A stretch of DNA of 63,438 bases from Anaerolineae bacterium (GCA_027021705.1 JALUTT010000028.1:1-63438), one strand, 5' to 3'; positions 1 to 13,999 are shown, counted from the first letter of the stretch. Translations and numbers: made by a program. The notes: generated from the sequence alone by a model not told the origin.

Positions 1-2
1 AC

Positions 3-31
3 ATTGTACCCTATTTCGCGGGTTGGCTCAA
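3..31 (-). promoter_or_regulatory. Putative sigma70-type promoter firing out of the left window edge
   Basis: Minus strand reads TTGAGC-17 bp-TACAAT. Confidence 0.5.
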
Positions 32-212
32 ATTCATTATGGGCAAGCTCCCCCCCCTTTTTCGACCATTTTACGAAGCCCAGAGCCCATTTCGGCTACC
101 TGTAGGTCCCCAACTCGATACGCTCGCAAGGGGAGGCTGGCGGTGCCCTCGGCGAGACGATAGGGGGCATCTCCCTCCCTCCGACCTCGACATTCTCACC
201 CAAGGACGCACG

Positions 213-1328
213 ATGCGCGTGCTGATGCTCTCCAAAGCCTGCCTGGTCGGGGCTTACCAGCGCAAACTCGAGGAGATCGCCCGCCTGGGGGTCGAGCTCC
301 TGGTCGTGGTCCCGCCCTCCTGGCGCGACGAGCGGGGCACAATCCCCCTGGAGCGTGCCTACACCCGGGGGTACGACCTGGTCGTCGAGCCCATCGCCCT
401 CAACGGTCACTTCCACCTGCACTTCTACCCCCGCCTGAGACGCCGGTTCCGCTGTTTCCATCCCCACATCGTCCACATAGACGAAGAACCTTACAACCTG
501 GCGACCTTCCAGGCGATGAGGCTGGCCCGGCGCTACGGAGCCCGCGCCCTCTTCTTCTCCTGGCAGAACCTCCTCCGCCGCTATCCCATCCCTTTCCGCT
601 GGATGGAGCGGTACGTTCTCCGCCACGCTGCCTACGGCCTGGTGGGCAACCGAGAGGCAGCCCAGGTGTGGCGGGCCAAGGGGTATCAGGGGCCGCTGCG
701 GGTGATCCCCCAGTTCGGCGTGGACCCCGATCTCTTCCACCCCCCCGCGTCCGGCGCACGCCCTCCCGGTTCGGAGGTCACCATCGGCTACGTGGGGCGG
801 CTGGTGGCGGCAAAGGGGGTGGATCTGCTGCTGGAGGCCGTGGCCGGCCTTTCCGGCCCCTGGCGGCTACGCCTGTGGGGCGACGGTCCGGAGCGCCCCC
901 GGCTGGAGATGATGGCCCGACGGCTGGGGATCGCCCATCGGGTCGCCTTCCAGGGGCAAGTCTCGTCGCTGGAGATGCCTGCCTGCTACCACCAGATGGA
1001 CCTCTTGGTGCTCCCCTCCCGCACCCTGCCCAACTGGAAGGAGCAGTTCGGACGGGTGCTGGTGGAGGCGATGGCCTCCGGCCTCCCTGTCGTGGGCTCC
1101 GACAGCGGCGAGATCCCCCACGTCATCGGGGAGGCCGGGCTCATCTTCCCCGAGGGGGACGTAGCGGCCCTGCGAGTCCACCTGGCGCGGCTGTTGGGGG
1201 ATGCGTCGCTGCGGGAACGGTTGGGCCGGCGAGGCCGGGAGCGCGTGCTGGCCCACTACACCCAGGCCCGGATCGCTGCCCAGACGGTGGCCGTCTACCG
1301 GGAGATGCTCTCAGCACACGCCGGTTGA
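213..1328 (+). CDS. Glycosyltransferase family 4 (GT-B fold)
   Basis: MRVLMLS start, GYVGRL..KGVDLL, EQFGRVLVEAMASGLPVV GT4 signature; start trimmed to ATG 213. Confidence 0.9.
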   Translation: MRVLMLSKACLVGAYQRKLEEIARLGVELLVVVPPSWRDERGTIPLERAYTRGYDLVVEPIALNGHFHLHFYPRLRRRFRCFHPHIVHIDEEPYNLATFQAMRLARRYGARALFFSWQNLLRRYPIPFRWMERYVLRHAAYGLVGNREAAQVWRAKGYQGPLRVIPQFGVDPDLFHPPASGARPPGSEVTIGYVGRLVAAKGVDLLLEAVAGLSGPWRLRLWGDGPERPRLEMMARRLGIAHRVAFQGQVSSLEMPACYHQMDLLVLPSRTLPNWKEQFGRVLVEAMASGLPVVGSDSGEIPHVIGEAGLIFPEGDVAALRVHLARLLGDASLRERLGRRGRERVLAHYTQARIAAQTVAVYREMLSAHAG

Positions 1329-1353
1329 CCTTCTCCCGCTGGTGTGTTAGAAT
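1325..1353 (+). promoter_or_regulatory. Putative sigma70-type promoter for the membrane-protein operon
   Basis: TTGACC-17 bp-TAGAAT with TGn extended -10. Confidence 0.65.
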
Positions 1354-1387
1354 AGCCCGGCTTCAGGTGCGGCTATACGACCCCAGG

Positions 1388-1444
1388 CCGCAGACCGCCG
1401 ATCAACCGGCCTAGGGGCGGACTGAGGACTGAGGACTGAGGACC
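1388..1444 (+). repeat. Short heptamer array (GGACTGA x3 plus CCGCAGA/CCGCCGA units)
   Basis: Direct reading; same units recur at 23.0, 34.1 and 37.7 kb. Confidence 0.8.
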
Positions 1445-1446
1445 GC

Positions 1447-3237
1447 TTGACGACTATGGACCACTCGATCACCCTTTTACCCCTGCTCGTCCTGATCGCG
1501 GGAGCCGGATTCGCCCTCTTCCTGGGGGCCATCCCCCGGTTCCGTTGGCCAACCCGCCTGGCCTCCTGGACGACCCTGCTAACCATCATCGCCGCCTGGC
1601 TCCTCTGGCTTCAACGGGGCCGCTCCCTGCCCACGCCCCCCGTCCTCATCCTCTGGCGACCCGGAGAGCTCTTCCGAGTAGCCCTGCTCTGGCGGCTGAC
1701 CACACTCCCCTGGCTGATAGGAGCGACTTTCCTGGGCATCGGCGTTGCCTGGGCGCTCTTCACCGCCACCGCTCCGCCCATCGGCTGGTCCAGCCTTCGC
1801 ACCCTCCGCAGGAGAGCTTCCCAGGTCCACCGCATCGGCCTGCGGCTGCTCAGGAGAGGGGAAGAGGCCAAGGAGGCTGATGCCGAAGCATCCCCTCCCC
1901 CAAATGCGGAGCCGCCGGAAGCCAAATCCACAGGGCCGCTCCAATCCCCCCTGGCCCGGGCGGCCGAACTCTTGTTGCTGGCCACGGCCCTGGCCACTCT
2001 CACAGCCGGCAACTTCGTCACCCTGGCTGTGACCTGGGGGTTGGTGGACCTGATGCTGGCCACCACCCTGGCGCTGCACGGTTCCGCCGGAGGCCGACGG
2101 GCCGGCCTGACCCTGGCCGTCAACGGGCCATCCATCCTCCTCCTGATGATGGTCGCCCTCCTGGCCCAGGACCTGCCCGGCGGCGGCGACCTGACCCGGA
2201 CGGTCCTGGAGCCCCCGGCCTCCGTCTGGCTGATGGGAGCGGCCGTGCTCCGGCTGGGGCTCTACCCCCTCCACCTCTGGGTTCCGCTGGACCTGGAGAG
2301 CGAGCCGGCGAAGGCCCTGCCCGTCTACCTGGTCCCCCCCCTCGTCGCCCTGGCCCTGTGGGCCCGCCTGCCCGCCCTGCTGGGCAACGTGCTCCCCCCC
2401 CGCGTCGGCCCCATCGCCGGAGCCACCCTATTGGTCGGGGCCGTAGCCGCCTGGGGGGAGGCCGACCGACGGCGGAGCGTTCCCCTGCTGGCGATGGCCG
2501 GCTTGGGGTTGGTGGCCCTGACCGCCACCGTCGCCCCCCAAGCGGTGGCCGAACCCATCGTCGTGCTGGGAACGCTGCTCTGGATGTTGACGGTGAGCCT
2601 GCTGGCCTTGGGGTGGGGATTCCAGCACCGACGCCCCGGCTGGAGCCTCCCCTACACCGTGACCCTCCTCTCCGCTTTGGGCCTGCCGGGCACCCTGGGC
2701 TTCCCCCTACGGACGATCCTCTACCAATACGTCGTACTCCTAACCCCCGGCGGCCCCCTGCTGGCCCTGGTGACGCTCCTGGGCGAGACCATCTGGATCG
2801 CCACGCTCCTTCGATTCTGGTGGAGCCTCCCCCTGCCGGGGGGAGGATCGGGGGAGCAACGCATCCGCCAGGCCGTTGGCAGCGCGATCCCGGCGCTCCT
2901 GCTGCTCTTCCTGGGGCTGCGCCTGGGCTGGCCGTTGGTGGAACCCATGCTCCAAGCCAGCGATCGGGCCACCTGGCTGGGATGGGGTCTGCCCCTGATC
3001 GCCGGCGGGCTTCTCGCCTGGTGGGGCCATCGGGTCTGGTCCTACGTCGCCAACGTCTGGACTTCTGTGACCGAAGTACTCTGCCTAGATTGGCTCTACG
3101 GCCTCCTCTACAGCCTGGCTTGGCAGGCTGCCCGCCTCCTGCGCGGCACGCTGGGAACCTTCGAGGGAGAAGGCGCATTGCTCTGGGTAGCCCTCACCCT
3201 GCTTCTCCTGGTGCTTTTCCTGCAAGGAGGACTCTAA
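1447..3237 (+). CDS. NuoL/MrpA-like proton-conducting membrane transporter family protein (degenerate)
   Basis: Many TM segments, LRLGLYPLHLWVP and SALGLPGTLGF motifs; start TTG 1447 or ATG 1456. Confidence 0.7.
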   Translation: MTTMDHSITLLPLLVLIAGAGFALFLGAIPRFRWPTRLASWTTLLTIIAAWLLWLQRGRSLPTPPVLILWRPGELFRVALLWRLTTLPWLIGATFLGIGVAWALFTATAPPIGWSSLRTLRRRASQVHRIGLRLLRRGEEAKEADAEASPPPNAEPPEAKSTGPLQSPLARAAELLLLATALATLTAGNFVTLAVTWGLVDLMLATTLALHGSAGGRRAGLTLAVNGPSILLLMMVALLAQDLPGGGDLTRTVLEPPASVWLMGAAVLRLGLYPLHLWVPLDLESEPAKALPVYLVPPLVALALWARLPALLGNVLPPRVGPIAGATLLVGAVAAWGEADRRRSVPLLAMAGLGLVALTATVAPQAVAEPIVVLGTLLWMLTVSLLALGWGFQHRRPGWSLPYTVTLLSALGLPGTLGFPLRTILYQYVVLLTPGGPLLALVTLLGETIWIATLLRFWWSLPLPGGGSGEQRIRQAVGSAIPALLLLFLGLRLGWPLVEPMLQASDRATWLGWGLPLIAGGLLAWWGHRVWSYVANVWTSVTEVLCLDWLYGLLYSLAWQAARLLRGTLGTFEGEGALLWVALTLLLLVLFLQGGL

Positions 3238-3264
3238 GCCTTCCCGCAAGGAGCTGACAAGGTT

Positions 3265-3912
3265 ATGCCCACCTGGATCGAAATCCTGGGCCGGCTGGCC
3301 GCCTTCACCGCAGCCCCGGCCGCCATCGGCGTAATGCTCACGGCAGGAACCCTGGTCGTCATCCAGGACTGGCGTATCTCTGTCTTCACCCTAGTCATCC
3401 AATACATCCTCGTCGGCTTGCTGCTGATGACGGTGATCCGCCCGGAAGTGGCCGTGATCAAGATGCTGGTCGGGACGATGATCTGCCCCGTCTTCTACGT
3501 GACCGCCCGCTGGGTCGGCTGGGGACGCGCTCCGGAACCGATCCCTGAGAGGGCCGCGCGCCCCCGATGGTACCTGCCTACGGAGATGCCCTTCCGCCTC
3601 CTGGCCGTGCTGATCGTGATGCTGGCGACCTATCGCCTTGCGGCCCAGTATCCGCTGCCGGAACTGCCCCCCGCCGCCAGCCTGGCCACCTACACCCTGG
3701 TCGCCTTAGGGATGCTGGCCCTGGGGTTGACCGAGGAGCCGTTGAAGGCCGGTATGGGTCTGCTGACCTTTATGGCCGGCTTTGAGCTCTTCTACGCCGC
3801 ACTGGAACCCAGCATCAGCGTCATCGGTCTGCTGGGCCTGATCAACTTCCTCATCACCCTGGCTACCTCCTACCTGACGGCGGCCCGGGCCGGCCTGGGA
3901 GGGATGCCATGA
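3265..3912 (+). CDS. Polytopic membrane protein (HyfE/small membrane-arm subunit-like)
   Basis: About 7 hydrophobic helices, AGGAG RBS, ATGA overlap with next gene. Confidence 0.6.
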   Translation: MPTWIEILGRLAAFTAAPAAIGVMLTAGTLVVIQDWRISVFTLVIQYILVGLLLMTVIRPEVAVIKMLVGTMICPVFYVTARWVGWGRAPEPIPERAARPRWYLPTEMPFRLLAVLIVMLATYRLAAQYPLPELPPAASLATYTLVALGMLALGLTEEPLKAGMGLLTFMAGFELFYAALEPSISVIGLLGLINFLITLATSYLTAARAGLGGMP

Positions 3913-5372
3913 TCCCGGGAGTCGCCCTGCTCGTCCTCCTCCCTCTGCTCCTCTCCCCCCTGGCCTACCTGTTCCGTCGCCGGGCCACCTTGGCCTCCTT
4001 CCTCTCCACAGGCGTCGCCCTGGTCCTGGCCGCCGGGATGCTCTGGCTGCCGGCCGACCGGCCCATCCAGGTCCGAGGGTGGCAGATCATCCTCAGCGAG
4101 CCCGTGACCCTCCTGGGGCGGGAGATGGCCCTGACTCCGGCCAACCGCCTCGGCCTGGCCTACCTCTTCCTGGTTATCGCCGGCCTCTTCCTCTTCGCCT
4201 GGCGGGTCTCCCAGGGCTGGACCGTCTTCCCCCTGGGGTTGGTCCTGCTCAGCGTCCTCAGCGGCGTGCTCATCATCCGTCCCTTCATCTTCTCCTTCCT
4301 GTTCCTGGAAGTGGCCGTCACCCTGACCGTCTTCCTCATCCAAGGGGGCCAGACCGGCTCCACCCGGGGAGCGCTCCGCCTGCTGGTCCTGACAACGCTG
4401 GCGCTGCCCACCTTCCTGATCGCCGGATGGCTGGTGGACCTCTACCGCTTCACCCCCGACAACGTCTCCCTGGTCCAGCGGGCCTCCCTCCTGATCACAG
4501 TCGGGTTCGCCATCCTGCTGGGGATCCCCCCTTTCCACACCTGGATCGTCACCGTGGCCGACGAAGCGCCACCGGCCGTCGCCGCCTCCATGCTCAGCGG
4601 CTACCATGGTATCCTCCTCTTCCTGCTCCTGGACCTCCTCCAGCGCTTCGAGTGGCTGACCGCCCAGCCCTACCTCACGGTGCTCTGGACGGTGGGCGGG
4701 CTGTTCCTCGTCGGGATCGGCGGGGGGATGGCCCTGATCCAACGCCGTCTGGGAAAGCTGATGGGGTACGCTGTCTTGGTGGACATCGGCGGGATGCTCC
4801 TCGCCCTGGAGATCGCCGGACCGGCCGGCCTGACGACGGCCCTCCTATTGCTGGGCAACCGGGCCGTGAGCCTGGGGGCGATGGGCATGGGGCTGAGCCT
4901 CATCCGCCACCGGGCTGAGGGGGACACCTACGAACAGATCCAAGGCTGGGGACGGGCGATCCCCTGGGCCACGCTGGCCCTGGGAGTGGGGGGGTTCTCC
5001 CTCGCCGGCTTCCCCCCCTTCGCCGGCTTCGTCGGCCGCTGGGCGCTCCTCCGCCTCCTGATGCCGGAGCATCGCAGCTGGGCCCTGCTCCTCATCCTGG
5101 CTCAACTGGGAATCGCCCTGGGGCTGGTGCGGGGACTGACCGCTTTGCTGACCCGTCCCCCGGAGCGATCCCTCTCCCCCCTGTCGGCAGCGGAAAGGAG
5201 CCCGGAGGAGGTCGAGGCAGAACCCTCCCGATCCCAACGCGAGCCCTTCCTCGTCGTGCTCTTCCTGGTCGCGGGAGTCTTGCTCTGCTTGGGGCTGGGC
5301 CTCTGGCCCCAATCCCACATCGAGGCCATCCGCCGCGCCGTCGAAGCCTTCACCTTCCATCCATCCCCCTGA
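3909..5372 (+). CDS. NuoN/MrpD/HyfF-like proton-conducting membrane transporter family protein
   Basis: FLFLEV, GIPPFHTWI, SLAGFPPFAGFVGRW motifs. Confidence 0.75.
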   Translation: MIPGVALLVLLPLLLSPLAYLFRRRATLASFLSTGVALVLAAGMLWLPADRPIQVRGWQIILSEPVTLLGREMALTPANRLGLAYLFLVIAGLFLFAWRVSQGWTVFPLGLVLLSVLSGVLIIRPFIFSFLFLEVAVTLTVFLIQGGQTGSTRGALRLLVLTTLALPTFLIAGWLVDLYRFTPDNVSLVQRASLLITVGFAILLGIPPFHTWIVTVADEAPPAVAASMLSGYHGILLFLLLDLLQRFEWLTAQPYLTVLWTVGGLFLVGIGGGMALIQRRLGKLMGYAVLVDIGGMLLALEIAGPAGLTTALLLLGNRAVSLGAMGMGLSLIRHRAEGDTYEQIQGWGRAIPWATLALGVGGFSLAGFPPFAGFVGRWALLRLLMPEHRSWALLLILAQLGIALGLVRGLTALLTRPPERSLSPLSAAERSPEEVEAEPSRSQREPFLVVLFLVAGVLLCLGLGLWPQSHIEAIRRAVEAFTFHPSP

Positions 5373-7075
5373 TGTTTGACGCCCTCACCCTCTCCGCCCT
5401 GCGCGATGAGTTCCGCACCCTGCTGGTGGGTGGACGGGTCCAGGCCATCGTCCAGACCGACGACCTCTCCATCGGCCTAGAGATCTACGCCCACCGCCGA
5501 CGCCACTACCTCCTGGCCTCTGCCCAGACCGACCTGCCCTACCTCTATCGGACGGAAGAGCGCCCCCGCCGGGGTGTCGAGGGGATCCCCGCCTTCCTCC
5601 AGCTCCTGCGCAAGTACCTGCGCGGTGCCCGCCTCCTGGCGGTGGAACAGCCCCCCTTCGAGCGGGTGCTGCACCTCGTCTTCGGCAGCCCCGCCGGTGA
5701 GGTCACCCTCTCCATCGAGCTGATGGGCCGCCACAGCAACCTTATCCTCATCGGTCCCCAGGGGACGGTGCTGGACGCCGTCAAGCGGGTGCCCCCCACC
5801 CGCAGCCGGGTGCGTCCCATCCTGCCGGGCCGCCCCTACCGGCTTCCTCCCCCCCAGCCCAAGCTGGATCCCACCGACCTGGACGAGGACCGACTGCACC
5901 GGCTGTTGGTGGCCGCCGACCCCCATCGCCCGGCCTGGCTGATGCTCGTCAACGGCCTGCGGGGCATCAGCCCCCTCCTGGCCCGGGAGATCGTCAGCCG
6001 CGCCCTGGGCGACCCCGAAGCCCTGGTAGCCGACATTCGGGACCCCCACCGGCTGCTGGACGCCTTCGAAGAGGCCCTGATCCCCCTCTGGGAGCACGAC
6101 TGGTCCCCCTGCGTCGTCCGCGACGCAGGGGAAGTGATCGCCTTCGCCCCCATCCCCCTGACCCACCTAGGGGAGCCAGAACCCTGCCCCACCATCAGCC
6201 AGGCGGCCGCCCTCTGGGTGCAGGCCCGGCGTGGGACGGACCCCTACGCCGCCGCCCGAGCGCCCCTCCAGGCAGCCATCGAGGAGGCCCGGCGGCGGAT
6301 CCAACGCCGGATGGAAGCGGTCCGCCGGGCCACCCCCTCTCAGGAGACCATCGCATCACTACGCGAAAAGGGCCAGTGGATCCTCACCTACGCCCATGCC
6401 ATCCGGCCCGGCCAGACCGAACTGGTCGTAGACCTGGGCACCGGCGAGCCCTTGACCATCCCCCTGGACCCCCACCGCTCCCCCAGCGAGAACGCCCAGC
6501 GCTACTTCCGGGAGTACGAGAAGGCGAAACGGGCCGCCGCCCAGGCCCCCCAGCGGCTGGAAGCCGCCCGACAAGAACTGGCCTACCTGGACCAACTGGC
6601 CACCGACCTGGCCTTGGCCGAGGACCGGCCCGCCATTGACGCCGTCGCCCTGGCCCTGCAGGAGGCCGGCTACTTGCCCCCTCAGCCAGGCCCTAGGCCC
6701 CCCAAACGAGGCCCCTTGCGCATCACTTCCCCGGACGGCTTCCTCATCTTGGTCGGGCGGAACGCCCGCCAGAACGACGAGGTGACCTTCAAGCGGGCCG
6801 GCCCGGACGACCTCTGGCTGCACGCCCGGGGGGTGCCGGGAGCCCACGTGGTCATCAAGAGCGGCGGACAGGCCGTGCCGGAGACAACGCTGCAACTGGC
6901 CGCCACCCTCGCCGCCTACTACTCCACCGCCCGGGGCGAGGCCCAGATCGCCGTGGATGTGACCGAGCGCAAGCGGGTCCGCCGGCTCAAGGGCCACCGC
7001 CCCGGCATGGTCACCTATCGGGGCGAGCGAACCCTCTGGGTCAAGGGGCCAGCCCTTCCTCCTATTTCGATTTAG
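5372..7075 (+). CDS. rqcH: NFACT family ribosome quality control protein RqcH/FbpA
   Basis: MFDALTL start, ELMGRHSNLIL, ENAQRYF..YEKAKR, VGRNARQND, WLHARGVPGAHVVI. Confidence 0.9.
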   Translation: MFDALTLSALRDEFRTLLVGGRVQAIVQTDDLSIGLEIYAHRRRHYLLASAQTDLPYLYRTEERPRRGVEGIPAFLQLLRKYLRGARLLAVEQPPFERVLHLVFGSPAGEVTLSIELMGRHSNLILIGPQGTVLDAVKRVPPTRSRVRPILPGRPYRLPPPQPKLDPTDLDEDRLHRLLVAADPHRPAWLMLVNGLRGISPLLAREIVSRALGDPEALVADIRDPHRLLDAFEEALIPLWEHDWSPCVVRDAGEVIAFAPIPLTHLGEPEPCPTISQAAALWVQARRGTDPYAAARAPLQAAIEEARRRIQRRMEAVRRATPSQETIASLREKGQWILTYAHAIRPGQTELVVDLGTGEPLTIPLDPHRSPSENAQRYFREYEKAKRAAAQAPQRLEAARQELAYLDQLATDLALAEDRPAIDAVALALQEAGYLPPQPGPRPPKRGPLRITSPDGFLILVGRNARQNDEVTFKRAGPDDLWLHARGVPGAHVVIKSGGQAVPETTLQLAATLAAYYSTARGEAQIAVDVTERKRVRRLKGHRPGMVTYRGERTLWVKGPALPPISI

Positions 7076-7084
7076 CGCGGAATA

Positions 7085-7093
7085 TGGTATAAT
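7085..7093 (+). promoter_or_regulatory. Extended -10 promoter upstream of the methyltransferase
   Basis: TGGTATAAT. Confidence 0.6.
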
Positions 7094-7197
7094 CTAGGTG
7101 CCCGACCGGGGAGGATTCGGAAGGAACTGAAGAGGTCCACTGCCTCCGCGAAGCCGGGAGAAGGCCATCCCGTCGGGTTGGCAAGGAGAGCATCGCT

Positions 7198-8289
7198 ATG
7201 GAACAAGTTTCCGGCGCTGGTAACGCCTTTCGGGAAAGATCAACGCGATACACCCGCAACACAGAAATTCCGTCTTTCTTTGGGCAGCCCATGTACAAAG
7301 GCCAGTTTTTGGAAATTGACTTAGAAGCTATCACCCCTGACCATCCGGTGCTGTTCTACCGCCACCCTAACGGGGAGATATGGCTAGGGGATGCCATCGC
7401 TTGGCTGCGCTCCCTGGAATCCGAATCCGTTGACCTGGTTTTCGCCGATCCCCCCTATAACATCAAAAAAGCCGAATGGGACAGTTTTGAGTCTCAGCAA
7501 GCCTACGTCGAATGGTCTCTACAATGGATCGAACAAGCCGCCCGGGTGCTGAAGCCAAACGGAACCCTCTATGTATGCGGCTACTCCGAAATTCTGGCTG
7601 ACATCAAATTGCCGGCGATGCGCTTCTTCGCAGGATGCCGTTGGCTGGTATGGTATTACAAGAACAAAGCCAACCTGGGCAACGATTGGGGGCGCTCCCA
7701 CGAAAGCCTCCTGCACTTCCGAAAGAGCCGGGATTTCACCTTTAACCTAGACGACATCAGGATCCCTTATGGAAGGCACACTTTAAGGTATCCTGAGCAC
7801 CCTCAAGCGAGAACAAGCCAGTATGGGCAAGGACAGAAGCGAGTCTGGCATCCCCACTCCAGGGGGGCAAAGCCACGGGATGTCATTGAAGTTCCAGTCC
7901 TTAACAACGGTATGCCGGAGAAAACCCCCCATCCTACCCAAAAGCCGGAAGAGCTTCTGAGGAAAATCGTCCTGGCCTCCTCGAATCCCGGCGATCTGGT
8001 CGTTGACCCCTTTCTGGGCTCTGGAACCACGGCGGTCGTTGCAGAGCAGCTAGATCGAAAGTGGATGGGATGCGATATATCGCCGGAGTACTGCCGGTGG
8101 GCTTTTGGCGTCAACTCAACGTTCAAAAGCAACCACTTTCTGGGTTACACGGTAGCCCTCACCCGGCTAGATGGGGTGTACTATGTTGACCGTAGGCCCG
8201 TTATGGTAAAGGACCCTCGTCTAAGCCGGGAAATTCAGGACTTCCAACGATTCCTGGTCAAAGACCTTTGGAGCCTTTCGGCAAGATAG
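7198..8289 (+). CDS. Site-specific DNA methyltransferase (N4-C/N6-A, beta class)
   Basis: FADPPYN precedes HPTQKPE and DPFLGSGTT; visibly more AT-rich than its neighbours; atypical C-terminal tail. Confidence 0.9.
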   Translation: MEQVSGAGNAFRERSTRYTRNTEIPSFFGQPMYKGQFLEIDLEAITPDHPVLFYRHPNGEIWLGDAIAWLRSLESESVDLVFADPPYNIKKAEWDSFESQQAYVEWSLQWIEQAARVLKPNGTLYVCGYSEILADIKLPAMRFFAGCRWLVWYYKNKANLGNDWGRSHESLLHFRKSRDFTFNLDDIRIPYGRHTLRYPEHPQARTSQYGQGQKRVWHPHSRGAKPRDVIEVPVLNNGMPEKTPHPTQKPEELLRKIVLASSNPGDLVVDPFLGSGTTAVVAEQLDRKWMGCDISPEYCRWAFGVNSTFKSNHFLGYTVALTRLDGVYYVDRRPVMVKDPRLSREIQDFQRFLVKDLWSLSAR

Positions 8290-8317
8290 CGAGCCTCAGG
8301 AGGACCAACGAAGCAAG

Positions 8318-12295
<3,978 letters not shown>

Positions 12296-12395
12296 GGAGA
12301 AGCCTTACAGGGTGCCCCATCCAGGCAAGAGGCGACACCTCCTCAGACCGAGCCGGGGACGGGCATGCACTTCGCAAAGAAGGAGGAAGGGAAGC

Positions 12396-12776
12396 ATGGT
12401 GTCCGCGAGCGGGAATGACCTGGCGGCCAGGCTCATGGGGGATATGGACCCCCGCCTCCTGGAGTTCCTGAAAACCAAGGTCAACTCCTTCGTCAAATGG
12501 GACCTGGTGCGGTTCTTCCATGAGAACCCACACACCACCGACACGGCTGAAAATGTGGCGCGGTACGCAGGGCGAGATCCGGCGACCATCGCCGCCGAAC
12601 TGGAAGAACTGACGGAGAACGGTGTACTAGAACGACGGCAGGTCGGGAATCTGACAGTCTACTCGCTGGCCACCGATGAGGAGATGCGCAAGCTCATCGA
12701 GCAGTTCATCCTGGCCTGCGAAGACCGCCAGTTTCGAGTCAAGGCGATCTACCACATCATCCGGGGAATGCGCTGA
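12396..12776 (+). CDS. Small winged helix-turn-helix-like protein
   Basis: AGGAGG RBS; TAENVARYAGRDPATIAAELEELTENGVL then a beta-hairpin (VYSL) pattern. Confidence 0.7.
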   Translation: MVSASGNDLAARLMGDMDPRLLEFLKTKVNSFVKWDLVRFFHENPHTTDTAENVARYAGRDPATIAAELEELTENGVLERRQVGNLTVYSLATDEEMRKLIEQFILACEDRQFRVKAIYHIIRGMR

Positions 12777-12887
12777 ATCGCCATCCTGAAAACGGTCCCA
12801 CAACCGGCGATCCGGCGGTGCACGAGCCACCCACTTCTGAATCTGGGATGAACCCTGAGACGAGCACGGAAGAGGGGAGTCCAGCCG

Positions 12888-13658
12888 ATGGAACGAATGA
12901 AGACGGGAATAGCTGGCCTGGATACGATGTTGCGAGGAGGGTTTCTGCCTCAGACGGCCAATCTAGTGGAGGGTGCACCGGGCACAGGAAAGAGCGTGTT
13001 GGGCATGCAGTTCATCTACAACGGCATTGTCCACTACGACGAACCCGGAATCATCCTGACCTTTGAGACCTTCCCCCGGCAGTACTACCGAGATGCCCTC
13101 AACTTTGGTTGGGACTTCCGGCAGTTGGAGCGGGAGAACCGCCTTCGCATCCTGATGAGCAGTCCTGAGGTCAGCAAGGCCGACCTGGAGCAACTGGGAG
13201 GAACGATCGAACAGTTGGTGGAGGAGATGGGCGCCCGCCGCATCCTGGTGGACAGCCTCTCCCACTTCGAGCGCTTGACCGATGACCCCGTCGAACTCCG
13301 CAGCTTGATCTACAGCTTCATCAACGGGCTCAAGCGCGAAGGGCTCACCGCCGTCCTGACCCGAGAGAGCCCGGCCATTCTGGGCGAAGGGCTCTTCGCC
13401 GACGAGGATGAGAACATCGCCTTCGTCGTGGACTCTTACATCCTGCTCCGCTACGTGGAGATGGACAGCACTGTATGCAGAGCACTGCTGGTGCTCAAGC
13501 TACGGGGTTCGGACCACGCCAAGGAGATCCGACGATTTGAGATCACCTCTTCCGGCATCCAGGTGTTGGACACCTTCAAAGGACGCGAGGGCATCATGAG
13601 CGGCAGTCCGCGCCGGATGCCCGAGGCCTTCATTGAAGCGTTTATCCGCCACCCATAG
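12888..13658 (+). CDS. Single-domain KaiC-like (RecA-fold, RAD55/KaiC family) ATPase
   Basis: TGIAGLDTMLRGG, Walker A GAPGTGKS, Walker B ILVDS, KLRGS arginine finger. Confidence 0.9.
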   Translation: MERMKTGIAGLDTMLRGGFLPQTANLVEGAPGTGKSVLGMQFIYNGIVHYDEPGIILTFETFPRQYYRDALNFGWDFRQLERENRLRILMSSPEVSKADLEQLGGTIEQLVEEMGARRILVDSLSHFERLTDDPVELRSLIYSFINGLKREGLTAVLTRESPAILGEGLFADEDENIAFVVDSYILLRYVEMDSTVCRALLVLKLRGSDHAKEIRRFEITSSGIQVLDTFKGREGIMSGSPRRMPEAFIEAFIRHP

Positions 13659-13705
13659 GTCCGACTGTGCTGAGCACTGGCGAGACCTGAACGACAGGTC
13701 CCATC

Positions 13706-13999
13706 ATGGCAATCCTTACCCGCCTGCTCACCGTCTACATCTGGATCGGTGTCGCCCTGCTCCTCCTGCTGCTCTTCGAGATCGCCCGCTTCTACCAGCG
13801 GACTTCAGGGCAACGCTCCTTCTACCAGGGATTTCTCATCCCCGCCCTCTGCTTTCTGCTGGCGGCGGGCCGCTACGTCCTAGTAGCCTCCGATTTTACC
13901 GGCGATGCCGTGGGGGACCTGCTCTTGTTCGGTGGAGGTGCAACCTTGATCCTCCTGGGCCACTATTTGCTCAAACTGATGACGGGAGGGCGGCCGTGA
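13706..13999 (+). CDS. Small membrane protein, about 3 TM, unknown function
   Basis: 97 aa with three hydrophobic stretches; GTGA overlap with next gene. Confidence 0.75.
   Translation: MAILTRLLTVYIWIGVALLLLLLFEIARFYQRTSGQRSFYQGFLIPALCFLLAAGRYVLVASDFTGDAVGDLLLFGGGATLILLGHYLLKLMTGGRP

Noticed and set aside
7127..7170. Hammerhead ribozyme suggested by CTGAAGA
   Set aside because: No correctly placed GAAA or NUH cleavage triplet
13633..13995. N-terminal 121 codons of ORF 13633..14334
   Set aside because: They overlap the real 13706..13999 gene; a GTG with RBS at 13996 is the better start
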